This document shows, in pieces, positions 28,622-37,553 of a stretch of DNA of 64,000 bases; position 1 is the first letter of the stretch, and each line of letters opens with the position of its first letter. Below the pieces are notes generated by a model. The model saw only the letters and a program-made list of their open reading frames with translations. It did not search any database and was not told where the DNA came from. The translations under genes were made by a program, and so were the position numbers. The DNA lies in contig CAXXVD010000002.1 in assembly GCA_963662335.2 (NCBI GenBank), forward strand, positions 448,001 to 512,000, written 5' to 3'. The stretch is from Chloroflexota bacterium (GTDB taxonomy: Bacteria; Chloroflexota; UBA11872; VXOZ01).

Positions 28622-30349
28622 CTAGCCGCCCATGCGGCGGTATTCGTTCACGTCGATGTCAACCGCCACCAGCGCGGGCTTGTTCAGCGCCAGTGCTTCC
28701 GGCAGCGCGGCGGCGCAGTCTTCTTCCTTGTCAATATGAAACGCGGGCAGGCCGAACGCCGCCGCCAGCGCCAGGTAGTCGGTCTCGCCGAAGTCGTTCT
28801 CGCGTCCCTCGTAGCCGCGCTCTTCCGACTTCATGCGAATCAGGGCCAGGGTAGAATCTACGAAGACGACGATGAGGAACGGCGTCTCGCTCGGCGGCGC
28901 GAGACGCTTGACGGTTTCCAGTTCACCGGCGTACATCAGCAGGCCGCCGTCGCCGGTGACGCAGACTACCGGCCGTTCGGGCGCGCGGAGTTTGGCCGCC
29001 AGCGCCGCCGGCACGCCAAAGCCCATGGTGGAGAGGCCGTTGGAGACCAGGAACGTCCGCGGCTGGGTGCTCTGCCACCACTGGCACGCCAGCAGCTTGT
29101 GCGACCCCACGTCGCAGGCAAAGACCGTCTCCGGCGGCGTGAGTTCGCGCAGCGCGGTGAGCACGGCCTGCGGCGCGACGCCAGTTCTTGGCGGGGACGC
29201 GGCGCCCGTGCCTTGCGGCGCGAGCAGCCGCCGGATCTTCTCCCGGCAGGCGGCCGCGGCGCGCGTGCCCCACTCGCCCTGGTGGGTGAGTTCCGGCGTG
29301 AGCCGGCGCACGGTGGCGTCCAGGTCGCCGACCAGCGCGTAGTCCGCGCCAAAGGCGGAATCGACCTCCGTGTGCGGATGGATGGCGATGGTCGTCGCGT
29401 CCGTCTGCCAGGGATGGATGAAGTCGGAACCGTCGAGGCCCACCGCCAGGATGCAATCGGCCTGGGCGAGAAACTCATCCACAAGGGCGTAGCCGTAGAC
29501 GCTGTGAATGCCGGCAAAGAGCGGGTGGTCTTCCGGAAAGACGCCCTTGCTCATGGGCATGTTCACCACCGGCGCGCCCCACTGCTCCGCCAGCGCCACT
29601 ATCGCATCCTGTTCCAGGTGGTGATTGGCCTCCAGGCCCAGCACGATCACCGGCGCGTCGCAGGTGGTGAGGCGCGCCAGGGCCGTGCGCGGCAGGGGCG
29701 CGGCGTCCAGCACGCCCAGCGGCCGGGCCGCGGTCTGGAGCGGCGGCGCGGCCAGCGTCTGGCGCGCCACGGCCGCCGGCAGCGCCAGGTGCACGGGCCC
29801 CGGCCGCCCCTGCGCCGCCACCGCCCAGGCGTAGGCCAGCGCGCCGGCGACGTTGGCGGGCGTGAGCCGTACGTTCCACTTGGTGATGGGGCGCAAGAGT
29901 TCCAGCAGCGGCGCGTTCTGGTGGGTGGCAAACTCCACCGTAGGGTCTTCGAAGTCGGCGGTGATGACGATCAGCGGCAGCCGCGCCAGAAACGCGTCGG
30001 CCACGGCGTTGATGATGTTCGTGGCGCCGGGGCCGAGGGTGGTGAGGAAAACCGCCGGTTCGCCGCTGAGGAAGGCGGTATTTTGCGCCAGAAACGCTGC
30101 CGTGTTCTCGTGGTGCACAAGCTGGAAGTCGATCCCCTCGGCGTAGCAGGCGTTGATGAGGTCCACGTTCTCGCCGCCGGTCACGCCCCAGAAGCGTTGA
30201 ATGCCCTGCTGGCGCAGGAATCTGGCGACGTACGCGGCGACGGTAAGGTCTGAATGCCGTGAAGTTGCGGTCATGGGAGTGCGCAGAATAGTGTAAGGGT
30301 GGTGATAGCGTTCATCGCATAGCTTGCGCGTCGCAGGTGGCTGTGTCAA
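28622..30349 (-). CDS. Thiamine pyrophosphate-binding protein (acetolactate synthase-like); start probably near 30274
   Basis: HHENTAAF, TLGPGATN, DVGSH, TMGFGVP, GDGGLLM. Confidence 0.9.
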   Translation of the reverse strand: MTQPPATRKLCDERYHHPYTILRTPMTATSRHSDLTVAAYVARFLRQQGIQRFWGVTGGENVDLINACYAEGIDFQLVHHENTAAFLAQNTAFLSGEPAVFLTTLGPGATNIINAVADAFLARLPLIVITADFEDPTVEFATHQNAPLLELLRPITKWNVRLTPANVAGALAYAWAVAAQGRPGPVHLALPAAVARQTLAAPPLQTAARPLGVLDAAPLPRTALARLTTCDAPVIVLGLEANHHLEQDAIVALAEQWGAPVVNMPMSKGVFPEDHPLFAGIHSVYGYALVDEFLAQADCILAVGLDGSDFIHPWQTDATTIAIHPHTEVDSAFGADYALVGDLDATVRRLTPELTHQGEWGTRAAAACREKIRRLLAPQGTGAASPPRTGVAPQAVLTALRELTPPETVFACDVGSHKLLACQWWQSTQPRTFLVSNGLSTMGFGVPAALAAKLRAPERPVVCVTGDGGLLMYAGELETVKRLAPPSETPFLIVVFVDSTLALIRMKSEERGYEGRENDFGETDYLALAAAFGLPAFHIDKEEDCAAALPEALALNKPALVAVDIDVNEYRRMGG

Positions 30350-30747
30350 CTTGGGGCGACTCTTGCCTAGCCCTGCAAGTTGCTTGGAGGTGGATTGCGG
30401 CAGCGGCGAAGCGCCTCCCTCACCCTAGCGCTGTCGCATTAAACGGAACGATGGCAAAACTCGCGTCCAAAGTCCCCGGTAGCGCAGGTTTGCAACCTGC
30501 GAAGCTGTTAGGTCGATCCTCTTTCGTGTCAGTTCAATGGCTCCGGCGGGGGACAAGCCCCCGCGCTACAGAATTCCCCCTCTCCCTAAGTGTATAGCCC
30601 GAGGACATAGGTAACACATGTACCCGGGCTGTACAGGGAGAGGGCCGGGGTGAGGGGGCAGAACGCGCGCGGCATTTGACCTGGAGGGCGCGCGTGTGTT
30701 CTGCTGGCTGCAAGCGCGCGGTATTTCCAAGGAGTGATCGTTCAGCC

Positions 30748-31722
30748 ATGGTGCGCCAACTGGCCAGAGTTACCCTGAAGTCCGGTGAGCGGATGCGGTG
30801 TCTGCTGGTGGAAGAGCCGGAAGAAAGCTGGGCCGCGGACGTGCAGGAGTTGCTCGTGCACAAGCGCGAGCACGTGCACTGGCACATCGCCCACGCCATT
30901 GCCGGGCCACTGGACGCGCTGGAGACGCGCTTCTACCTGGGCGTGGTGGAAGGCCGGGCGGTGGGCAACGTGATGACGGTTGAATACGGCGGCGTCGGCA
31001 TCCTGGGCCACGTCTTCACCCGGCCCGACCAGCGGCGCAAGGGCATCGCCAGCCGCATCATGGCGGCGCTGATGGAGGACTTCCGCGCGCGCGGCGGACG
31101 GGCGCTGACCCTGGGCACCGGCTTCGAGTCGCCGCCGTATTGGATCTACCACAGTTACGGCTTTCGCAGCAGCGCGCCGGGCACGGGCGCGATGTGGTAC
31201 TGGCGGCAACCGGAACAGGCGGAAGACCTCTGGCAAGCCGCGGTTGTGGGCGCGGAAGAAATACGTTGGGAGCACTGGCCGCTGCTCAATCTGCTCTGCC
31301 ACCAGCCCCGCGGCGACCGGCTGCGCAACGCCGCCCGGCGCGTCTGGGGCCAACGCAACTTCGAGGGCGAATTCGTGCCCTACAAGCGGGCGCTGGATTC
31401 TGAGGATTTTTCACCTGCGGCGCGCGTGCTGCGGAACGAGGCCGGCCTGGTGGTCGGCTGGGCGAGCCTCGAGGACGATCCGCTCTGGGGCGGCGCGGCG
31501 GCGCTGCTCGACCTCTTCGTCCATCCGGCCGCCTGGCCCGCCGCCGGCTCCCTGCTGACGGCTCTCCCCCTGCCGCCCAAGCCCACCTTCGCCTACGCCG
31601 ACCAAGATTCCCCCAAGAACGACCTCCTCCACGCCCACGGCTTTGCTCAACAAGCCTCCTGGCCGGCTTGGCTGCCGGTGGGCGGCGAGTTGCACGGCGT
31701 AAACTGCTGGCTGCGGCGCTAA
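30748..31722 (+). CDS. GNAT family N-acetyltransferase
   Basis: VFTRPDQRRKGIAS acetyl-CoA motif; YHSYGF. Confidence 0.85.
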   Translation: MVRQLARVTLKSGERMRCLLVEEPEESWAADVQELLVHKREHVHWHIAHAIAGPLDALETRFYLGVVEGRAVGNVMTVEYGGVGILGHVFTRPDQRRKGIASRIMAALMEDFRARGGRALTLGTGFESPPYWIYHSYGFRSSAPGTGAMWYWRQPEQAEDLWQAAVVGAEEIRWEHWPLLNLLCHQPRGDRLRNAARRVWGQRNFEGEFVPYKRALDSEDFSPAARVLRNEAGLVVGWASLEDDPLWGGAAALLDLFVHPAAWPAAGSLLTALPLPPKPTFAYADQDSPKNDLLHAHGFAQQASWPAWLPVGGELHGVNCWLRR

Positions 31723-31874
31723 CGGCCCGCTCTGGGCCAGCCCCCGCGTCACTGTCCACAGGCCTACCTTAATGTTTTATTCCCTTCTATCCTATTGACA
31801 CACCGTGTTACAATGACATTATGAGGTAAGAGGGCAGAGAGCGGGAACCGCTGCAAATGTGGGGGGACTGCGCG

Positions 31875-32202
31875 ATGCTTACACGACGCGCCTTGATAGG
31901 CGGCACGGCGGCATTGGCGGCCGGGTGCAGCACTCTCGAGTCGTCGTTTTCCGTGCCGAGTCAGCCTCAAGTAATCAATCTGACGTGGGCGTCAAGTGCC
32001 TTTGGAGGGTTCCGCGAAAGGGGCCTTGGACCGAGCGGATTTGAGGAAACGCTTAAGCACATAGTGGCGGCGCTGGAAGAAGACACGGAAAACCCAAATG
32101 GGCCGGCAAGGGCGCGCTATGCCCGCCCTGGAAGAGGGCATCGTGCGCGGCGACGAAGTTCTCGCCGTGGTGAGCGACGCGTGCGCCGAAATAGATAGTT
32201 GA
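31875..32202 (+). pseudogene. Remnant of a Tat-exported lipoprotein (solute-binding protein-like)
   Basis: MLTRRALIG..LAAGC signal and lipobox. The ORF is short and shifts frame near 32120. Confidence 0.5.
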
Positions 32203-32261
32203 CAGTGAGATGAATTGAGCGCGCTGCGCTCAACCGGAACGTCACTGTTGGGCGCTGTTGC

Positions 32262-33245
32262 TCATTTGGAGACGCGGTAGTGGACGACGCCGGGGCGTGA
32301 CGGGCCTTGTGGAATGCCTAGGTCGTCGTGCATGAGCGGGGCGGTTTCGCTGAACGCGCATGGGTCGGGGTCAACGGGCGCGAGCGGGGCGTCCGGCCGC
32401 AGGAAATCCCCTGGCAGCCAGATTGTGCCCTCGGTGTCCCACGACCAGAGCATGGAAATTCCGGCCGCCGTGGTGTGGCGCACGAACGGCGCGGTCAAGA
32501 GACCCAGGAACGTCAGGTGAACGCCGTCCCACCGCGCGCCGACGCGGCGCCAGTCCGGCGATAGCGAACCGGCGCCCGCCGGGCTATTGGGATCCTGATT
32601 GACGCTGGGAAACGCAACGCAGAGCGCGTGCCAGCCGGCGGGCCCGTTGATTTCGCAGACGCGGGCGGACTGGTCGATCTCCGCAGCGAATCTGCGCTGC
32701 AATTCTACTTCCGGCCAGTCACCGACGCCGGAGGCAATGGCTGTGTCAAGACACGAATACCCGCCCCTTAGGGTGGAAGTGATGCGCCATTCCGTTGGAC
32801 GTTGCGCGTAATCCTCCCAGCGGGTATTTGACGGGGACGCCGCCGCGCGGGAGGGAGGCCGCTTGACCCGGCGAGATACGCGCGCCAACATGCGGCTTGC
32901 CAGCGTTTGGCGGGCGGGAGGCGGAGGCGGCGTGTCGTCCCGCACGAGCGCCTGGCGGGCGCGGTCCAGCGGCTCCGTCCACCAGCGGCTTGCCGGATGC
33001 GCCGCCGCGTCCCGCGCCAGGTGGGTCAGTTCCGCGCCGCGAGAAAGCGCGGCGGTGACGGCCTCATCGAAATCCACCGACCACGGATTGAGCGCGTTCA
33101 GGGCTACGGCGGCGCGGGCGAAGGCCTGCGGCGGCGTGACGGCGCGCGCCACGGGAATGCCATCCCGCGCGATGGTCAGCAGAAAGGCGCACCCCACCGG
33201 GCAGCGCAGCAGCCGGGCGGCAATGTCGTCGGTGTGGGATTCCAT
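32262..33245 (-). CDS. Hypothetical protein
   Basis: Clean 327-aa ORF with a W-rich C-terminal motif PDW..V..WDGVHLT..WDTEGT.WL. Confidence 0.7.
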   Translation of the reverse strand: MESHTDDIAARLLRCPVGCAFLLTIARDGIPVARAVTPPQAFARAAVALNALNPWSVDFDEAVTAALSRGAELTHLARDAAAHPASRWWTEPLDRARQALVRDDTPPPPPARQTLASRMLARVSRRVKRPPSRAAASPSNTRWEDYAQRPTEWRITSTLRGGYSCLDTAIASGVGDWPEVELQRRFAAEIDQSARVCEINGPAGWHALCVAFPSVNQDPNSPAGAGSLSPDWRRVGARWDGVHLTFLGLLTAPFVRHTTAAGISMLWSWDTEGTIWLPGDFLRPDAPLAPVDPDPCAFSETAPLMHDDLGIPQGPSRPGVVHYRVSK

Positions 33246-33483
33246 GGTTCACCGCTCTTTCGGCTGGGATGCGCCGTCTTCCCCCGTTTTTCAAGGCAAG
33301 AGGATTCATCCCCGACATGCGGGCGCACGCTGCCGGAGGCGGGGGACAAGCCCCCGCGCTACGCAAAGGCGTCACCATAGGCCCAAGGCCGCGCGCTATG
33401 CCCTAGATTCCTCGCTGCGCTCGGAATGACAGTCACGGACAATATGCAAATTGCGCGGAATGGCGCTTAGGGTCAAATTCTGC

Positions 33484-35079
33484 CTAGCCGCGTTCGACGA
33501 ACACCGGCGCGAGCATGTTGTCCACCGGCGCGTAGCTGTCGGTGAGGATGACGGCGGAACTGTTGTCCACGTACGCGCGCAGGCGGGCGGGGTCGAGCAT
33601 GGTGCTCACCGGGCCCTTGGGCAGCAGGCCGGCCACCCGGTCGTGCAGGGCCGCTTCCGTGAGCGGCTGCGCGCCGGCCACCAGCACGAACGTATTGCGG
33701 CCCTCCTGCTCCCAGCCCGGGCCTTCCGCCAACAGGTAGACGTGGGGAAAGACCTGCTCCAGGGTCAGAATCAGCGACGGCAGGAAGCGGCCGTGTTCGA
33801 ACGTATCCACCACGTTCAGCATGTAGTAGCCGTCCGGGGTCAGCAGCGCGCGCACTTTCTCGGCGAACTCCCGGGTGGTCAGGTGATAGGGCACCGAGAG
33901 GTCGTTGAAGGCGTCGCCGATCACCGCGTCGTACCGGCCGGCTTCCAGGCGTTTCACCACCAGGCGCGCGTCCTCGTTGTAGGTGATTACGCGGGTGTCG
34001 CGGGGGAGGCCCATCTTGGCGTGGGCCATTTCCGTGACCGCCGGGTCGATCTCCGCCACCTCGATCACCGCGCCGGGATAGACCGCCTCCAGGTAGCGGG
34101 GAAAGGTGTAGCCGCCCCCGCCAATGGAGAAGGAGCGGATGCCGTCCCGGTCACCGGCGATATAGGAAATTAGCTCGGCGTATATCTTTACGTAGTCATA
34201 GTCAAGCCGCGTGGGGTCTTCCAGGATGCTGTAGCTGTGGATCAGGTGGTCCAGCACCAGGCGGCGTTGGGTGACGTTTTCTTCCAGTTTCTTTTCGCTC
34301 ACCCGGATGCAGAAGTAGTTGGTCTCCACGTCGCACGGCGCGGCAAACGCGCCGCGCGGCTGCAAGGTCACGGCGTCCTGCGCCAGATTGCGCACGTAGT
34401 TCCAGCCCAGGGGCATGGAATAGGCGTTGCGCCCGTAGCTGACGACGCTCAGTCCCACGAGCAGCAGCGCGCCGCCGCCCAGCAACAGACGGCGGTTCCA
34501 GAGGTCGCCGAAGACGATCGCCACCAGCAGCAGAATCACGGCCACGAGCAGGATGACCGTGCGCGTGCCGAAGAACGAGACCAGGAAGAAGCCGGTGGCA
34601 AAGGTGCCGGCGATCGCGCCCACCGTGGAGAGGGCGTAGATGCGGCCCACCACGCCGCCGGTGCGGGAAAGATCGTCCAGGATGAGGCGCACGACTACCG
34701 GCGTGATGGTGCCCATGAACACGCTCGGCAGGAAGAAGACCGCGGCGGTGAAGAAGAGGATCTTCAACATGAGGTGCACGGGCAAGTCCTGCGCGATGCC
34801 GGAAATGACGGCCGTCAGCGGCAGGATGGCGAGCGTAAAGACGCTGGAGATGAGAAAGAGCACGCCCAGCGTGGAGACCGCCGGAAAGCGGTCGCCGATG
34901 CGCCCGCCGGCGTAGTTCCCCAGGCTGATGCCCGCCAGCATCACGCCGATCACGCTGGTCCAGGTGTAGAGCGAGACGCCCAAGTACGGCGCGATCATGC
35001 GCCCGGCCGTGAGTTCCACGACCAGCGTGCAGAAACTCGCGATGAAGACGATCGTGCCCGCCCGCCAGGTGCCGCGCAT
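33484..35079 (-). CDS. Fused MFS-like membrane domain / spermidine synthase-like methyltransferase
   Basis: PYLGVSLYTWTSVIG, GRIYALSTVGAIAG, IGGGGYTFP, EIDP, DAF..VPYHLTT, LTDSYAPV. Confidence 0.9.
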   Translation of the reverse strand: MRGTWRAGTIVFIASFCTLVVELTAGRMIAPYLGVSLYTWTSVIGVMLAGISLGNYAGGRIGDRFPAVSTLGVLFLISSVFTLAILPLTAVISGIAQDLPVHLMLKILFFTAAVFFLPSVFMGTITPVVVRLILDDLSRTGGVVGRIYALSTVGAIAGTFATGFFLVSFFGTRTVILLVAVILLLVAIVFGDLWNRRLLLGGGALLLVGLSVVSYGRNAYSMPLGWNYVRNLAQDAVTLQPRGAFAAPCDVETNYFCIRVSEKKLEENVTQRRLVLDHLIHSYSILEDPTRLDYDYVKIYAELISYIAGDRDGIRSFSIGGGGYTFPRYLEAVYPGAVIEVAEIDPAVTEMAHAKMGLPRDTRVITYNEDARLVVKRLEAGRYDAVIGDAFNDLSVPYHLTTREFAEKVRALLTPDGYYMLNVVDTFEHGRFLPSLILTLEQVFPHVYLLAEGPGWEQEGRNTFVLVAGAQPLTEAALHDRVAGLLPKGPVSTMLDPARLRAYVDNSSAVILTDSYAPVDNMLAPVFVERG

Positions 35080-35275
35080 GGGGATGTCCCTTTCGTTGCC
35101 GTGGTACGTGCTGCTTTGTGTGTTCGTGAGCGTGTGGGTGTCGAGCGCAGAAAAGGCCTGATTCCACTACGTTTCTATTGTAGCCCTCAGCTTGCCCCGC
35201 TCGCATCCCCGCTGGCGCTCGGCTACACTATGTGAGAGGCGCATGCAGACGCAGACGGCATGAAGAGCAACGGCT

Positions 35276-36613
35276 ATGGCAGGCATTACGGCGGCACAGC
35301 GCGGCGACATGATGGCGGTGTTGGCGGCGGCGCTCAAGGCCGTGGACCCGGCGCAGGCGGTACGGAACCGCGTGCGGCGGGAGGGCGCGCGGTTGACGGT
35401 TGGGGACGCGGTGTACGACCTGGACTCGTACCGGCGGGTTCTTGTGGTAGGCGCGGGCAAGGCGAGCGGGCCGATGGCGCAGGCGCTGGAGGAGATTCTG
35501 AGCGACCGCCTGGCCGGCGGCGTGGTCAACGTCAAGGAGGGCTACGCCGTTCCCACGCAACGAATCGAGTTGATCGAGGCGGCGCACCCGGTGCCGGATG
35601 AGAACGGCGTGCGCGGCACCGAACGTATCTTGCAGATGGCGGCGGACGCCGGCGCGGACGATCTGGTGTTCTGCCTGATTTCCGGCGGCGGCTCGGCGCT
35701 CATGGAATTGCCGACAGCCGGCATTACGCTGGACGACGTGCAGCAACTCACCGACCTGCTCCTGCGCAGCGGCGCGACCATCAATGAAGTAAACACCATT
35801 CGCAAGCACATCTCGCAGGTGAAAGGCGGCGGCCTGGCGCGCGCCGCCGCGCCCGCCACGCTCATCGCGCTCATTCTCTCCGACGTGGTGGGCAATCCGC
35901 TGGACTTCATCGCCTCCGGGCCGACCGTGCCGGACACGACGACATTTCAAGACGCCTGGCAACTCCTGGGGAAGTTCCGCTTGCAGGACGCCATACCGGC
36001 CAGCGTGCGCGCGCAACTCCGGCGCGGCCTGGACGGCGCGATACCGGACACGCCCAAAGCGGGCGACCCGCTCTTCGCGCGCGCGGCGAGCGAGTTGGTG
36101 GGCAGCAACGAGATCGCGGCGCGCGCCGCGCTGGACGCGGCCACGGCCTTGGGGTATAATACAGTCCTGGTCACCACGTGGGTGGAAGGTGAGGCGCGTG
36201 AGGTTGCCAAAGTGATGGCCGGAGTCGCCAAGGGTCTGATTCGCCACCACTCCCCCGTCCCGCCGCCGGCGTGCCTTATCTTCGGCGGTGAAACCACGGT
36301 CACGGTGCGCGGCGATGGGCAGGGCGGGCGCAGCCAAGAAATGGCACTGGCCGCCTCTCTTGCGCTGGACGGCTGGGAAGACGTGGCGGTGATGGCGGTG
36401 GGCACCGACGGCACCGACGGCCCGACCGACGGGGCCGGCGGCATCGCCGACGGCGCGGTGCGCGGCCGGGCGCAGGCGCTGGGCCTGGACCCGCTTGCTT
36501 TCCTGGACCGCAACGACTCCTACCACTTCCTGCGGCAGACCGACGCGCTGCTGGTCACCGGACCGACCAACACCAACGTGAACGACCTGATCTTCGTCTA
36601 CGCTTTTGGCTAG
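35276..36613 (+). CDS. Glycerate 2-kinase (DUF4147/MOFRL)
   Basis: GAGKA, AAHPVPD, LISGGGSAL, RKHISQVKGG, GGETTV, GTDGTDG, TGPTNTNVND. Confidence 0.93.
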   Translation: MAGITAAQRGDMMAVLAAALKAVDPAQAVRNRVRREGARLTVGDAVYDLDSYRRVLVVGAGKASGPMAQALEEILSDRLAGGVVNVKEGYAVPTQRIELIEAAHPVPDENGVRGTERILQMAADAGADDLVFCLISGGGSALMELPTAGITLDDVQQLTDLLLRSGATINEVNTIRKHISQVKGGGLARAAAPATLIALILSDVVGNPLDFIASGPTVPDTTTFQDAWQLLGKFRLQDAIPASVRAQLRRGLDGAIPDTPKAGDPLFARAASELVGSNEIAARAALDAATALGYNTVLVTTWVEGEAREVAKVMAGVAKGLIRHHSPVPPPACLIFGGETTVTVRGDGQGGRSQEMALAASLALDGWEDVAVMAVGTDGTDGPTDGAGGIADGAVRGRAQALGLDPLAFLDRNDSYHFLRQTDALLVTGPTNTNVNDLIFVYAFG

Positions 36614-36695
36614 GGGAATGCCCTAGCATCCTCGTTCGTTCGTCTCCTCGGTTCAGCTTATCCTCCTCTCGCAGTCTACGGCAGGTGATTCCCCC

Positions 36696-37163
36696 ATGGA
36701 ACTGAAAGAAAGAGTCCGCCCTCCTCTGCATTCGTCGCTTCTCTCTTCCGCCCCAGCGCAGCGCTGGCACTCGGTGAGCCGGCGCAGCGACCTGCGGCCG
36801 TTGTCCCGGGGCCGCAGCCAAACGGCGCTGCTTGGGTTTTGCCTGGTGTTCGCGGTACTCGCGCTCAGCGGCGGCGTGCTGCTGTGGTGGGCGGGTCAAG
36901 CCGCTAACGCCGGCGAGCAGAGCCCCCAGGTTAGCGAGGCGTTGCAGATTACGCCCGTGCCCCCCACTCCCAGCCCGCTTCCCGCCGAACCGACGGCAAC
37001 GCCCATGCCCACGTCCCACGTCGTGCGGCCGGGCGAGTCGCTCACCGCCATAGCCGAGCGGTATAATACGACCGTGGCGGTCCTGGCGGAACTGAATGGC
37101 ATCGCGAATCCGAATGCGATCCGGGCCGGCACGGAACTGCGCCTGCCGTCCGCGCAGCCGTAG
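36696..37163 (+). CDS. Membrane-anchored LysM protein
   Basis: TM helix, PT linker, [28 protein letters not shown]. Confidence 0.88.
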   Translation: MELKERVRPPLHSSLLSSAPAQRWHSVSRRSDLRPLSRGRSQTALLGFCLVFAVLALSGGVLLWWAGQAANAGEQSPQVSEALQITPVPPTPSPLPAEPTATPMPTSHVVRPGESLTAIAERYNTTVAVLAELNGIANPNAIRAGTELRLPSAQP

Positions 37164-37256
37164 GACGCGCGCGGGGGCGCGGAATCCATTCGGGAGGCCC
37201 GCGAAGATAGATTCCCGCTTTCGCGGGAATGACGGAGTTGCTACCCGCTTTCTTCG

Positions 37257-37529
37257 CCGTTCACCCTTCGACGTTGCTCAGGGCGAACGGCTTGGTTGCG
37301 CTATCTTCATGGTAACGACGGAGTTAGACGTGCCGTTTTCCTGGTAATCACCATGGCCCCACGACGGCCACGCGAGGGAATGAAAGTGAACGCACCTCTC
37401 TCCGTTCGTGCTGAGCCTGTCGAAGCATGAACGGAGAGAGGTGCGTGCGGAGTTGCTGCCCGCCTCCTCCACCGTTCACCCTTCGACGCCGCTCAGAGCC
37501 TGCCCCGTACTCGATACGGGGGCGAACGG
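37257..37529. repeat. Cluster of CCGTTC..CTTCGAC..GCTCAG..GAACGG palindromic repeats
   Basis: Copies at ~37257-37290, ~37402-37433 (inverted) and ~37472-37529 (with 24-bp insert). Confidence 0.75.
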
Positions 37530-37553
37530 TATGAGTGCCTATTTTTCATAGAA

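Noticed and set aside
31790-31830. Sigma70 promoter at TTGACA (31795)
   Set aside because: TACAAT is only 9 bp away and the hexamer at 16-18 bp is weak, so it cannot be supported.
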